From: Lama guanicoe
Lineage: Eukaryota
Length of the DNA stretch: 64,000 nucleotides
Assembly (NCBI GenBank): GCA_013239625.1
Contig: MU054338.1
Location: forward strand, 1,676,001-1,740,000
Direction: 5' to 3'
In this document: piece after piece, positions 49,405 to 61,450 of the stretch
How positions within the stretch are numbered: the first letter of the stretch is position 1
How the letters are laid out: each line of letters opens with the position of its first letter
The notes under the pieces: generated by a model
The model's input: the letters and a program-made list of their open reading frames with translations, nothing else
Told to the model about the DNA's origin: nothing
Database searches by the model: none
Translations under genes and position numbers: made by a program

Positions 49405-49895
49405 CGATGCCACTCCTAGGCACCCGCCACAGAGACCCGCACAGAGCGCGAGTCCCAGCAGCCAGAGGCGAAGGAGCCCAAGCGCCCATCAACAGATGGA
49501 TGTGCAGAGACAATGGGTGCGTGCATACCGTGGGCTACTGTTCTGCTGTAAAATATGACCATGGACGGACCCTGAGAGCACGATGCTCAGTGAGAGAGGC
49601 AGACACAGAAGGATACACAGCGTATGACTCCTTGGATGTGAAACGTCCAGAACAGGCCAATCCAGAGACAGAGATGGGGTTCCTGGCTGTCAGGGGCTGG
49701 GGCTGGGGAGCGGGAGGTAGTGTTTAACAGGGACGGTGGTGTCAAATTTACAAGATGAAAAGGGGCAGGAGATGGATGGGGTGGCCGGTTGCACAACGGT
49801 GTGAATGTGCTTAATGCTACTAAGCTGTGCACTTAAGAACAGGTAAATTGGTGAATCTGCTATGTCGTGTAATTCGCCACAATGACAAAGCAAAA
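49405..49895 (+). mobile_element. L1MB-type LINE 3' end
   Basis: ATGGACGGACCCTGAGAGCACGATGCTCAGTGAGAGAGGCAGACACAGAAGG...TGTGCTTAATGCTACTAAGCTGTGCAC. Confidence 0.78.
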
Positions 49896-50879
49896 CAAAT
49901 CAGGGTGGGCAGAAGTGGACGCAGGGAGGTGAGTTAGGACACGGCACTGAGCAGAGAGACATGGGCGGGAGGAGGGTGGTGGGAAATAACTGGGACGATG
50001 ACTGGTATGTGATAAACTGATTTATTGATCCACAGACACTATGGTGACTGGCAGGCTCCCTCCCCTGGGCTGCGGGAGATGTGGCGGGGATGGTCCCGTC
50101 CACCCCACACCGGGCACCATCCTGCCCTTGTTTGCCGAGTAAAGAGGCCACTGAGAAAAAGACTTCAGTGCAACAAAGGGTCCCACTCAGAGACCCAGGC
50201 TGGGCTCGGGGGAGCTCCCGCCCTGCCTCCGCCGGGACGTGTCACAGGGCTGCCCACTTTCACTTGTAAAGGGCACGCCAAATGCTCCCCAGCGGTCCTG
50301 TCTTTGCCAGGTGCTCTCCGGACCTGCGAGCTGGCTCCCAGGGTGTGGCTCTGGGAAGCAGGGACCCCGGCGGGGGATCAGGGACACCAGCACCGCCGGG
50401 AAGCTTCCGAGCCTTGGGTCACCTAGGCCGAAACTCTATCCTGGGCTCTGAGGCTCCCCCTCCTTTATCAGAAAGTGGCCGTGGTCACTACGCAGAGTTG
50501 GGCCCAAACACTCCGGCAGGGCTGGCTTCTGCTCTGATTTCAGGCACCATCTGCGGGACTGTCCAGCACCCATCACCAAACCACGTGCGGATTTGAGACC
50601 AGTGGGACCCACGTGCCCAACACCCTGCAGTGTCTGCGGCCACGACCCCCAAGACAATGAGTTTCCAGCTCCCAGAAGCATCTCCAGGAGCACAGGCTTT
50701 GTTGGGTGTGGCTGAACCAGGAGAAAGTTGACAACAGAGACCGAAGTCAAAGTTCGCAGCCCAGAGGACAGAGAATCCGGCGTCGGTTGGGGAACATAGG
50801 GAGGTGTTCTAGGGGGCCCCGGGGCTCCCTTGGCCAATTACAGGCAGAAGGAGACTAATCCAGGCCTCTGAGAACCTGG

Positions 50880-51562
50880 CGGGCGGGGGCGAACGCTACC
50901 AGGGACAGGTGATCAAGGTTAACATCTGGGTGATGCCGCGTGGGTGTCAGGGACCCCCGATGGGAGGTGACAAGAAGGCCCTGCACCTGTGATCTAATGA
51001 CAAGAGAAATGTCAGACAAACCCAGACCAAGGGGCATCTTGCAAAACTCCTGACTGTCCTCCTCACAGCTGTCGAGGCACAAAAGTCAAAGAAACTGTCG
51101 CCACTCAGAGGGGCTAAGACGTGACAGCTCTATGTCATGTGAGATCCTGGAGGGGTCCCGGGGCAGAAAAGGACATTAGGGGAAAGCGAGTGAGAACCAA
51201 GCACAGTGTAGGCTCGAGTCAACGGTAACGCATCAGTGGTAACTTCCTGGTGTGGTGAAGCCGCCCCAGGGTACAGGATGCTGGCGGGGGAGAAGCTGGG
51301 TGAGAGGCACACAGGACTCTCTGTTCTACCCGAGACTTTTCTGGACACCTGAAATTAGTCCAAAGTAAAATGATACAAAAAAAAAAAAAAAAAAATGGTA
51401 ACGCATCAGTGGTAACTTCCTGGTGTGGTGAAGCCGCCCCGGGGTACAGGATGCTGGCGGGGGAGAAGCTGGGTGAGGGGCACACAGGAGTCTCTGTTCT
51501 ACCCGAGACTTTTCTGGACACCTGAAATTAGTCCAAAGTAAAAATACAAAAAAAAAAAAAAA
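50880..51562 (+). mobile_element. L1MC-type LINE 3' end with a 173-bp tandem duplication
   Basis: GATCAAGGTTAACATC...GGGCAGAAAAGGACATTAGGGGAAA; unit repeated at 51224 and 51397. Confidence 0.75.
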
Positions 51563-52859
51563 CTCCAGGTCTTTGACCTCAGTCAGCTGTCTTTCTCAGA
51601 GACAACACGTGGGGTGCTGAGCTGTGGTACCCGGAGTGACAGGCACGGGTATTGGCTTAGCCTACGCCCCACTGCACAGCGAGGGAAGTGGGGGGCCCAG
51701 AGGTGAGGGGACTTCATCAACTTGGAAATAAGAGATGGAGCGAGATGGGAACCCAGGGTTCCAGAACCCTGGTCCTGGGGCCTCTGTCGCCTGAAACCTG
51801 CACACACCTCCGAGGTTTCTGAACATCACCAGATGTGCTTTTGTTTTCTTTACACAGCCCCTGAGAGACTCCTGGGACCCTCTGATGAGAGAGACAGAGA
51901 CAGAGAGGAGCCAGCCTATTTTTTCAGACAATAAAAAAAATGCCCAGCACATCCACAGAGCCCACCCAGCTCCTCTTCCTCCCATCACCTCCCGCTGCCA
52001 ACTATCGAAAATTCAAGTCAGAAAAAACTCTGTATTTCATTAAGTAGCAATTTGGAAAAGAAAATCCATTTCTCTCTGCTGTCTCGAATATCAGCCTTGA
52101 AGAACTACTTTGACAGTTTCTCCTCCTAAAGACAAAGGCGCTTGTAAGTTCAGGGGGAGTTGAAGGAAGAGACCTGGCCTGGGCGCCCAGCCAAGGAAAG
52201 GGGGCGTTAGCAACCCACCTCTTGCCACCTTGCTCTGGGACGCTCCACCTGGCAAACTGCGACCCTGGAACATCACTCTTAAAAAGCCCCATTGCCTGGC
52301 ATTAAAAGGGTCTGTCTGAATGTGCATTCGGATGACCATTACTTCACCGGGCTACTATTTCATTTTTACCTGCTTTTTCTGGTTTATTTTTTAAAAGCTA
52401 TGAGCACAGACATTCATACATAGTTTCCCCTTTGAATGTCTTTAAGTAACATTGTAATAAACATAACTAATATTTTCAAATGTGACTTATTTTGAGCTAT
52501 CAGATACCACAGTCCGTCAATTCTAAGAGCCTGTTCTAAGATGCGTGTCCCTTACATCTCGTGACACTAAGGAAAGGAAATGACCTGTCTCAGCACGGCA
52601 CAACGCTGTGGGAAATAAAATCATTCCACACATTTGTTCCGAGATTGTTAACCCCTGCTCAGCCAGAAGGCTGCGGAGTCCCCAACCAGGCCGCGTCGAG
52701 CAGCCCCTCGGCAGGCAAGTGCTGTTTGTTCTTCCAAAACTGGTGCTTAAGCCATAAAAGCTATGAAACCCCAAGTTCAAGTCCTAGCTTTGCCATGACA
52801 CCGTGAAACCTCTGGGCCTCAGTCTCCGCATCTGTAAATCACAAAAGCTGGACGGGGGT

Positions 52860-53150
52860 GTTGACCGACTTTTTCTTCTAGGGGCCAGAGAATCAGTACT
52901 TCCTGCTTTGCGAGCCGCACAGTTTCGAATGCAGTGGGGGAGCCACCACAGGCAACATGCGAATGGATGCACGTGGGTCTGTGCCAGAAGACTTTGTTTC
53001 TGGACACTGAAAGGTGAACCCTCCAGAATTTTCAGGTGACACGACATATTATGCTTCACTTGATTTTTTTTCAACCATTTAAAAAACGTAAAAACCCTTT
53101 TTAGCTCAGGGGCCATATAAAAAAGATTACGAGCCTGGATTTGGCCCATA
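52860..53150. mobile_element. MER58-like hAT MITE (related copies at ~8420-8660, ~25645-25860, ~26300-26450, ~37930-38000)
   Basis: GGGGCCAGAGAATCAGTA...AACCATTTAAAAACGTAAAAACCCTTTTTAGCTC...GGATTTGGCCCA. Confidence 0.65.
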
Positions 53151-53639
53151 AATCACAGCACCACTGAACTGGACCATCTCAGGGTCCTCCTGGAACGGAC
53201 TTTCCGAGAAGCTCTGATTCCCAATCTGCGTTTTCAACCAGCAGAGACTTCAGTAGCTCTAAAGGTGACCCTCAAGGTGTCCAAATGCGAAGCTGCACTC
53301 ACAGGCCTTCAGAAGTTTTATCTTCTCCTAAAATTCCTCTCGTTCACGTCCTAGACCTGCCATGTCCAGTGTGGCGGCCACTGGCCACGGGTGGCACTGA
53401 GCGCGTGAAATGGGGTTCATTCTAAGATGTGAAAGTCTGTGAGGGCACAATACACATCAGATTCTGGAGACCGAACAAAAGAAGCAATGGAAACTAGCTC
53501 ATTCATCCCTTCTTCAGGGTGATTATGTGATGAAAGGGTAATGTTTGGGATGTATCAGGTTGCATAAAATAGACCAATGAAATTAGTTTCACCTGTTTTA
53601 CTGTTTGGACTGCAGCTACTCATTTAGAATTCCTCCTGA

Positions 53640-54555
53640 GGCATCCAGATGCCCCCAAACCACGTGAAAAGATGCTCAACATCACTAATTATCAGAGAAA
53701 AGCAAATCACAACTACAATGAAGTACCACCTCACACCAATCAGAATGGCCATCACTAAAAATTTCACAAATGACAAATGCTGGAGAGGCTGTGGAGAAAA
53801 GGGAGCCCTCCTGCACTGCTGGTGAGAATGTAAATTGGTGCAGCCATTACAGAAAACAGTAAGGAGGTTCCTTAAAAAACTAAAAATAGACTTATCCTAT
53901 GATCCAGCAGTTCCACTCCTGGGCATACGTCCGGAGAAAACTCTGATTTGAAAAGACACATACACCCCAATGTTCACAGCAGCACTATTTACAACAGCCA
54001 AGACATGGAGACAGCCTAATGTCCATTGACAGATGACTGGGTAAAGAAAATGTGGTATATTTATACAATGAAATACTACTCAGCCATAAAAAAGAATGAA
54101 ATAATGCCATCTGCAGCAACATGGATGGACCTAGAGATTATCATACTAAGTGAAGTAAGTCAGAGAAAGACAAATATATGATATCACTTATATGTGGAAT
54201 CTACCCAAAAAATGATACAGATTCTATTTATAAACCAAAAACAGACTCATGGACATAGAAAACAAACTGGCTACCAAAGGGGAAAGGGAAGGGAAGGATA
54301 AATTAGGGGTTGGGGATTAACAGACGCATACGTTACTGTATATAAAATAAACAAACAGCAAAGACCTACTACTGTATAGCACAGGGAACTATATTCAATT
54401 TCTTGTAATAACCTATAATGGAAAAGAATCTGAAAAGAAAAAATATATATGTATGTATATGTGTAACTGAATCACTTTGCCGTACACCTGAAACTAACAT
54501 TGTATATCAACTACACTTCACCAAAATTTTTTTGAAAATAAAAAATAAAAAAATA
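53640..54555 (+). mobile_element. 5'-truncated younger LINE-1 (ORF2 end, 3' UTR, A tail) inserted into a MER3/MER33-like element (~53358-53635)
   Basis: Typical L1 text: GAAAAGATGCTCAACATCACTAAT...GCAGCAACATGGATGGACCTAGAG...A-rich tail. AT-rich with low divergence. Confidence 0.88.
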
Positions 54556-55079
54556 AGACTACACCTGAGGCTCCAATCCTGTTTCTATTGGGTGGGATCC
54601 AGGGAGGCTGCACCATACTCCACAGCGCCCAGGACGCCTCCCCCCACCGCAAGAGAATGACCTGCCCTAAGAGTCCACAGCGCAGTGAGCAGAGGCCCTG
54701 CCTTGGTCAAACCCATCGCGTTACTAACAAGAACACTTCATGTTTATGGAGCTCTTTAATTCCCACGGCCTCCTTCTGGAGGTGGCTTGTTCGATCCTCA
54801 CAACCTGGAAGGTGGCCGAGGCGGTGTTCCTGCCCAGTCTCAAATAATCAAGAGCTTCTCCGGGGCTGCGGGGTCACCTGGGACCTCCTCCACGTCCCTG
54901 TCCCCGTGGACTTGAAAACTCCCACTTCCTCCCAGGGGCCGAGTCAGGCCGAGTTCCCTATTTCCTATGAGATGGTGCAAATTTTTCCTTTTCTGGTGTG
55001 GAGAAAGAGGGCACAGGGGAAAGGGGAAGGGCCATCTGGCAACTAGGATCATGAAGCCCCAGAAAAGTTGACTGTCACC

Positions 55080-55950
55080 TGACGAGGGTGACCCTTTTTG
55101 AGGTAGTGTGTCTCCCTCCCCTAAGAGACCTCCTTGGGACCTGGGGATGGGACCTGACTTGGAAATGGCGCCTTTGCATGTGTCACTGAGTTAAAGCGAG
55201 GTCACGCTGGAGCCGGGTGGTCCTGGTCCAACGACGGGTGTCCTGTACACACATGAGACATGACAGATTCTCTCCGTGGCCAGATGAGACTCAGGTTACC
55301 TTGAACTTTCCAGGAGGGCCTTGACTTTTGGGTTTCCGTGCTCACCTCTGCACTGTCCCATTTTAGCAAGCCTGCTAAGTTGGTTGATCGAGACCCCCCT
55401 ATCCTGTGTGTCTGACCACTCCCGATCCTGCCCCCAGGGATGTCTGATGGCCAGCCTGCGCGCACCAGGAGTCCACTGAGGTCTGTTTAGCCAGAATCCC
55501 CCTTAAATTTCCTCTCAGCAACTTTCCCTCCACTGACCCCCACTTATCCACGCTGGAACCAGGGTTGAGCCCCATTCTACGTGGAAGTTTCTTTTCCCTG
55601 TTGCATTAGTTCCTGAGTAAAGTCTGGTTTTACCATTCTAACTACCGTCCAGCCCCGGCTTTGCTTTGATGGGCACACAGGGTAACGGCCACGTGACAAC
55701 AGAGGCAGAGACTGAAGTGATGTGTCTATATAAGCCAAGGGGCACCAAGGATTGCTGGAAACCTCCACCTTCCAGAAGTGGAGAGAGGCAGGAAGGACCC
55801 TGCCCTGGAGCCCGGAGAGGGGAGTGAAGCTCGGCCCACACCTCGGTTTCAGACTTCTGGCCTCCAGGGCCGGGAGAAGACAGATTCCTGTGTCTAAAAG
55901 CCACCCAGTCTGCAGTGCTGTGTTATGGGGGCCCCAGGAAGTCAGGCAGG
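55080..55950 (+). mobile_element. MLT1C-like LTR split by an ERV1-type (MER34/MER39-like) solo LTR at ~55261-55671
   Basis: MLT1 halves (GACCTGACTTGGAAAT...; GGCAGAGACTGAAGTGATG...CAGACTTCTGGCCTCCAG) flank a TGACAG...AGTAAA...TTTGAT block. Confidence 0.65.
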
Positions 55951-57369
55951 CAGTTAGGCAAGAACAAGGCTAGTGGGGCTGCGGCTGGACTCACCGACAG
56001 TCCCGGCACAGGCTCTGCATGGACTTGGCTGGATCCTTTCCTTCTTTGATTGCCCTGAGCTTTTTTGTCCACCACATTAAGGAGGTTCTTGAGGAGGCAG
56101 AGCAGGGGTCAGGGCCGGGACAACAAAGGGCAAAAGATGTGACACGCAGTAACTGTCATGACGCAGAGCTGGCGGGCGGGTTTCAAATTCATCTGCACCC
56201 CAGATCCACCTGGCCCCTCGCCCAGGCGGAGAGCTCACGTGGACATACACGCACATCCACAGTTACGGTCAGGAAAAGCAAACTGTCGACTGACACACAC
56301 TGCAGAGGGGTCATCTTTTGTACTTTATCATCTCCAAGTGGTTAACTTTCAGAAATTCCCAAGAAAGCAGCAATTTCTTCACATCAGTTTCTCTCCTTCG
56401 GTGCCGCAAGCTGGCAACAAGAGTGGGGGGGGCGGGGAGGCTGCTCTCCACCCGGTGCCCGGGGCGGCCTGCACAGAGAATGACCTGCCCTAGTGTCCAT
56501 GGTGATGCGGGGAGCGGGGGACCTGCCCTAGATGTCAAGGAACAACCCACCCCACCTCTGCGCACCCCCTTGACCTGTCCCCTGGCAAATTCCTCGGGGC
56601 AATCCTGCTCTCTGGCCTCTTCCCCTAAGGACTTACCCCCACCCCTCTGAGACCTCCTGGAAGATGTCTTACTGTTGTGGCACCTGTGGGGCTCTCGGAA
56701 CACAGGCCTGGGCCCCCATCTCCGCCACCCCCGAGAACCCCGACTCAGAGGTCTGAGCCAGGGACAGGATGGCCCCGGGGCCCCCCAATCTCCCCATTGC
56801 CCCTTGCTCGCATACAAGCGTCTCATTCACATGGCGTTCCCGGCGCCTGGCACCCGGTCTGAGGCTTAAAATAGGCACACAACCAGCCTTTGTTGGGGAG
56901 AGGAAGGAAGGAAGGAAGGTTTCAGACAAAGGAGACAGCAACTGCACCATCCAGGAAAGCTGGGGGTCTGTGCTGGGCGGGCAGCAGGGAGGAGCGGGAG
57001 GGGCCCTTACAGGATTGAAAGTGAAGGACACGCCAAGGTTGGGGGCGGCAAGTCCCGGTGCCACCAGGGCCGAGGGAGCAATTTTTATTTTGTCAAGAGA
57101 GTGGCAAGATGGCGAAGGTGGCACGGAAATGACAAACTGATCTTAGCTGTAGAGAGGATTCCAGTCGACCTACTGGAGCCAGAGAGAGTGAAGGCTGATC
57201 AGCCAGCAGGGATGCTCTGAGCACAAGAAGGTGAAGCATTTAACTCAAGGGGGGAAGACGCGTGGCAGGAGAGAGAGGTAGAGCCGGAGGGCTGACACCC
57301 GACCTTCCTGATCTTCAGTTCAGTGGGCTGTCAAATGCCCAGGAAAAAAGCCATTCCACAGCAGCCTGA

Positions 57370-57815
57370 TTCTTCACCGCCAAAACCCAGATGCCCAGTG
57401 ACGGGTGAGTGGATAAACACACGTGGTCCCTCCACCCTCGGGAGCATCACTCAGCCACGAACAGGAGAGATGCCCTGACACCCGCTCCCACGTGGACGGA
57501 CCCTGAAAACACGGTGCTCAGTGAGAGAAGCAGACACAGAAGGACACACAGCGTGTGAGTCCATGGATGTGAAATGTCCAGAAGAGGCCAGTCCATAGAC
57601 ATAGAGAGAGGGCTCCTGGTTGTCAGGGGCTGAGGAGAGGGTGGGAGAGTGACTGTGAATGGGGATCAAGGATCTTACTGGGGTGATGGAAGGTTCTGAG
57701 ACGGGTTTATGGAGATGGTTACACAACTTGATAAACTTACAAAAAACTGAACTGTGTGCTCAAAATAGAGGAGTTTTATGATATGGCAATTGTACCTCAA
57801 TTTAAAAAATAAAGA
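57370..57815 (+). mobile_element. L1MB-type LINE 3' end with GC-shifted core
   Basis: GGAGCATCACTCAGCCACG...CCCTGACACCCGCTCCCACGTGGACGGACCCTGA..., the reverse complement of the shared core. Confidence 0.8.
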
Positions 57816-58997
57816 ACACTCAGACTTTTCCCCTTTGCAAGGTTCTCAATGCGACCCAGATCTATTTCTGGAAGAGTCTCAGAGCTGCCTACAAGCCCCC
57901 CTGCCCAAGAACGGGCAGGACAAGATACAAGGCACAGGGTGGATGAGGAGGAGAGTGGACCCGAGTGCTCAGGCCAAGTCGTCCCACCGTTTCAGTGGCC
58001 CGGTCTGGTCTCTGAGGTCTTCCGGGTGATGTGTAGCAAACACTTCTCTCCAGACCCTTAAGAGAAAGCGAGAGGCCACACCAAAGGGCAGCCCGAGAGA
58101 AGCGGGGAAACATGCAGTCCAGAGCTGTCAAAATGAACACTGAATGTCGCAAACCCTGACGTGGTCAAGGACATGAGACTTCACGGAGACAAGCCTTCCC
58201 AGAACAAAGACGCAGCCTGGGCAATCAATCTCGGTCTGCTCTGCTCAGTGAAGACGCAGCTCAGAGAAGTCTGTGTCAACACCCAGCAATCACACAACTG
58301 TCCTAGGGAACTGTCCTCTCTAGAAAGCTCTGGAAAGCTCCATAGTCATGGAGGCCAGGCCCAACCACACTTTCCCGTAAGAAATGACAGATGAGCTTCA
58401 GGAACACAAATGTCCTAGGAAATACGATCTTAAAGACAATTGTTTGTTTCCAGATGCAAATGAGAAACCCCGCAGTAACACCTTGGATAGAAGAAGGTAC
58501 TTGTTACACTGCTACCGGGTTTTCCAAAAAATGCCCCTATTCAGGAAGCACCAAGCTGAACCCTCTGTGCTGGGGTAATTCACATTCAGCTGCGTCCCTC
58601 TTCACACCATAGGGCCCCGGGCTTCAGGAAACGCAGGCAAGAACAGGGGTCCACGGCTTCTGTCACATCTGTCACAGGTGTTTTCTAGGAGGCCAAGAAT
58701 CACCCGAAGACCTCAAGCTTCTACAGAAGCCTCGTGCACTAGGTTACAACCAGGGAAACAATCTCAGATGCAGGCATCCTTCTGTGCCTGCCACCGATCA
58801 GTCACTCCCGTATTCAAACTCAGTATAAGGGTTCAAAAGCCACACAAAAGACCCAGCTAGAAAGAAGTCAGCATTTCTAAAATTCTAAAAGCAGTGTGAA
58901 TTCTTTTTTTCCCCTCTCGAAGTGAGAACACGAGATGACTTATAACCAACTCAAATCTGAATAGCTGTACTTCCTAAGGATCATAGGCGAGATGTGA

Positions 58998-59215
58998 TTT
59001 TTTTTAATTTTTATTTCTTATTGAAGTGTAGTTAATTTACAATGTTAGTTTCAGGTGTACAGCAAAGCGACTCAGTTATACATACACATACATATATTTT
59101 TTTTCTGATTCTTTTCCATTATAGCTCACTAAAAGAAATTGAATATAGTTCTCTGTGCTGTACAGTAGGTCCTCATTGTTTATTTACTTTATATCAGTAG
59201 CGTGTGTCTGTTAAG
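58998..59215 (-). mobile_element. LINE-1 3' tip
   Basis: T-rich start followed by ATTGAAGTGTAGTT...TTCTCTGTGCTGTACAGTAGGTCC, the reverse complement of the same L1 3' UTR. Confidence 0.75.
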
Positions 59216-60794
59216 AGATGTGACCCTTCAAGCAGAAAATAACTTAGCTTTGTCTGGAAGAGATCTCCACCAGACGGTGATTCTGGCCCCTGGGGAAAGG
59301 CGGCACTGTCTGGGGACATCTGTAGTCTTCACAAATGGGGGTGCTCCCAGCATCCAGTGGATAGGGGCCAGGGATGCAGCTCCACACTCCACGGTGCCCA
59401 GGACAGCCTCCCATAGGGTGACCCGGACCCCCAGGCCAGCAGTACAAGGTCTGTCAGCAGTGCCCAGGAGGAAGACCTGGTCCACCAAGTGAACTCAAGT
59501 TGTAAAGCTCATATGTTTTAAGAGTGTATCATTGTGGCTCAATGGTCCCCTTCAGGGCACACATCCAAATGGCTCCTTTGGGGTACACCTAAATCAGAAC
59601 GACCCAGGAAGATTTCTCTTAAATACACGTACTTGTTCCTTGACAAAGAGAATCTGGGCAGATCCTGGGAGATTCCTCTATTTTTTGTTGTTGTCTTTCC
59701 CTCATTTTTTATAATATGAAGGGAAAAATTGCAGATTCTTTTTAAAAATCCCACAGGGGATTCTCATGTGCACCCCAAGACTGAGGGGCTGATGTCGAGC
59801 TCTAAGTGACTCCTCCCCTCCCCTCCCTGACAACCAGCAATTGTACCCACCCACCTTCCTCCCCCCTAAAAAACTTAATTTAGAACATTATTATCAACGT
59901 GCACGTACCCTCGGCATGTGCCAGGAGCTGGCTAGGTGCACACATCCCCTCATTTGACCCTGGCAGCAATCCTGGGAGTGACCTGCTCCTGTTTTATTAT
60001 TCCCATTTTACAGAGGAGTAGACTAACCCCCAGAGGCAGCACAGCCAAGCAGGCAGTAAGAGCTGAGGTTGGAATGCAGGCCCACCTTCCGAGGCCCACC
60101 ACACTCTCAGTCTGTGCAAGACTTCAGCCCATAACTGAACAAGTTTGCGAACTTGGCCTTGGCCTCCCTGACTCCTAGCAACAGTGGAGGCTCTCAGCTG
60201 CAGCTCATCACATCTGTCTTCTCTCGCCCACCTTTCAGCCCCAGCAACCTCCGCTCCCCGGGAAAAATAAAGTGCCTCCCACGTCCCTCAACATCCTTGT
60301 CCCCAAAACTCCCACTCTGATTCTTCACTCCTGAGCCCAAAAATTCCTGAAAAATTCAGTCACCCACACGAGCCTTTCTCAGCTTCCCAAGACTTTCCCC
60401 TTTGCACCTGACGTCCCAGAAACAGACCTCGTGAAGTATGTCCAACACCCGTCTCCTCCAGCTCTCTGCGTTGCCCACGGGTTTCTCCCTCAGGACCCCT
60501 TCTATACTCAATTATCAGCAGAAGTGGGGGCTGATTCCCCGCCACAATCCTCATAACTGACTTCTAACCGAGCCCCCATTTCCTCCTGAAGTCACCTTCC
60601 CGCAAAACACCTGTGTGAGTGGGGGGGTCTACCAGCCTCCATCCCACCTTCCTCCGCCCCCCACTCCTATCTCATCACCCTCCTACTCCTAACTCCATTT
60701 CTCCCAATAGCCCCTGAGAGCCTTCTGAAAGGGGCCTGACCCCCACCTGCCTCCCCCAGCTCTCCCCAAACTCTGCTTTCAGGCCCTGTGCCAG

Positions 60795-61450
60795 CGCACT
60801 CTGACCCCGAGTTCCTCAATCACCCTCCCCAGCCGGCAGGACCCCCAACTCCATCGCAGTCGCCTCCCCAGCTAACCTCCAGCCCCAGGTCAGGCCCCCA
60901 TCCCCAACTCCAGTGCCAGCCCCCACCTCCAGCTGGGCTCCCCTGCCCAACCCCCACCACAGACCCTGACTCCCACCTCCAGTCTGGATCCCCACTCCTC
61001 CTTCAGTGGACCCCGGCCCCCAACTCCAGTCCGGATTCCCAGCCTCAGCCCCCTCCTCCTCAGCGGACTCTGACCCCCAACTCCGTCCGCAGTTGGCTCC
61101 CCAACTAACCTCGACCCCCAATCCCCAGCTCCTGCCTCCAACTCCAACCCCACCCCCCCGCCCCCCCCCCCCCCTACACAGACCCCCGACCCCCCACTCC
61201 AGTCCGGATTCCCAGCTTCAGTTCCTCTTCCCAGACCACCACCCCCAACTCTAACCTGGATCCCCGGCCCCAGCCGCTCCTCACAGACCTTGACCCTCAA
61301 CTCCAGTCCGGATCTCCGGCCCCTCCTCAGCGGATCCCGACCCCCAAGCCCATTCCGGACCCCTGGCCGCCGCCCTCTCCTCACAGACCCCGACCCCCAA
61401 CTCCGCCTGCAGCCAAACCCGAGCCGTTCCAGGACCCTCCAGCCCCGAGC
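60795..61450. repeat. Degenerate ~50-bp C-rich minisatellite at the start of intron 1
   Basis: Recurrent CAGACCCCGACCCCCAACTCCAGTCCGGAT(T/C)CCC variants near 60960, 61004, 61178, 61232, 61284, 61331 and 61384. Confidence 0.75.

Noticed and set aside
60795..61450. Repeat-spacer-like pattern as a CRISPR array
   Set aside because: Eukaryotic context, degenerate tandem units without unique spacers, and no cas genes.
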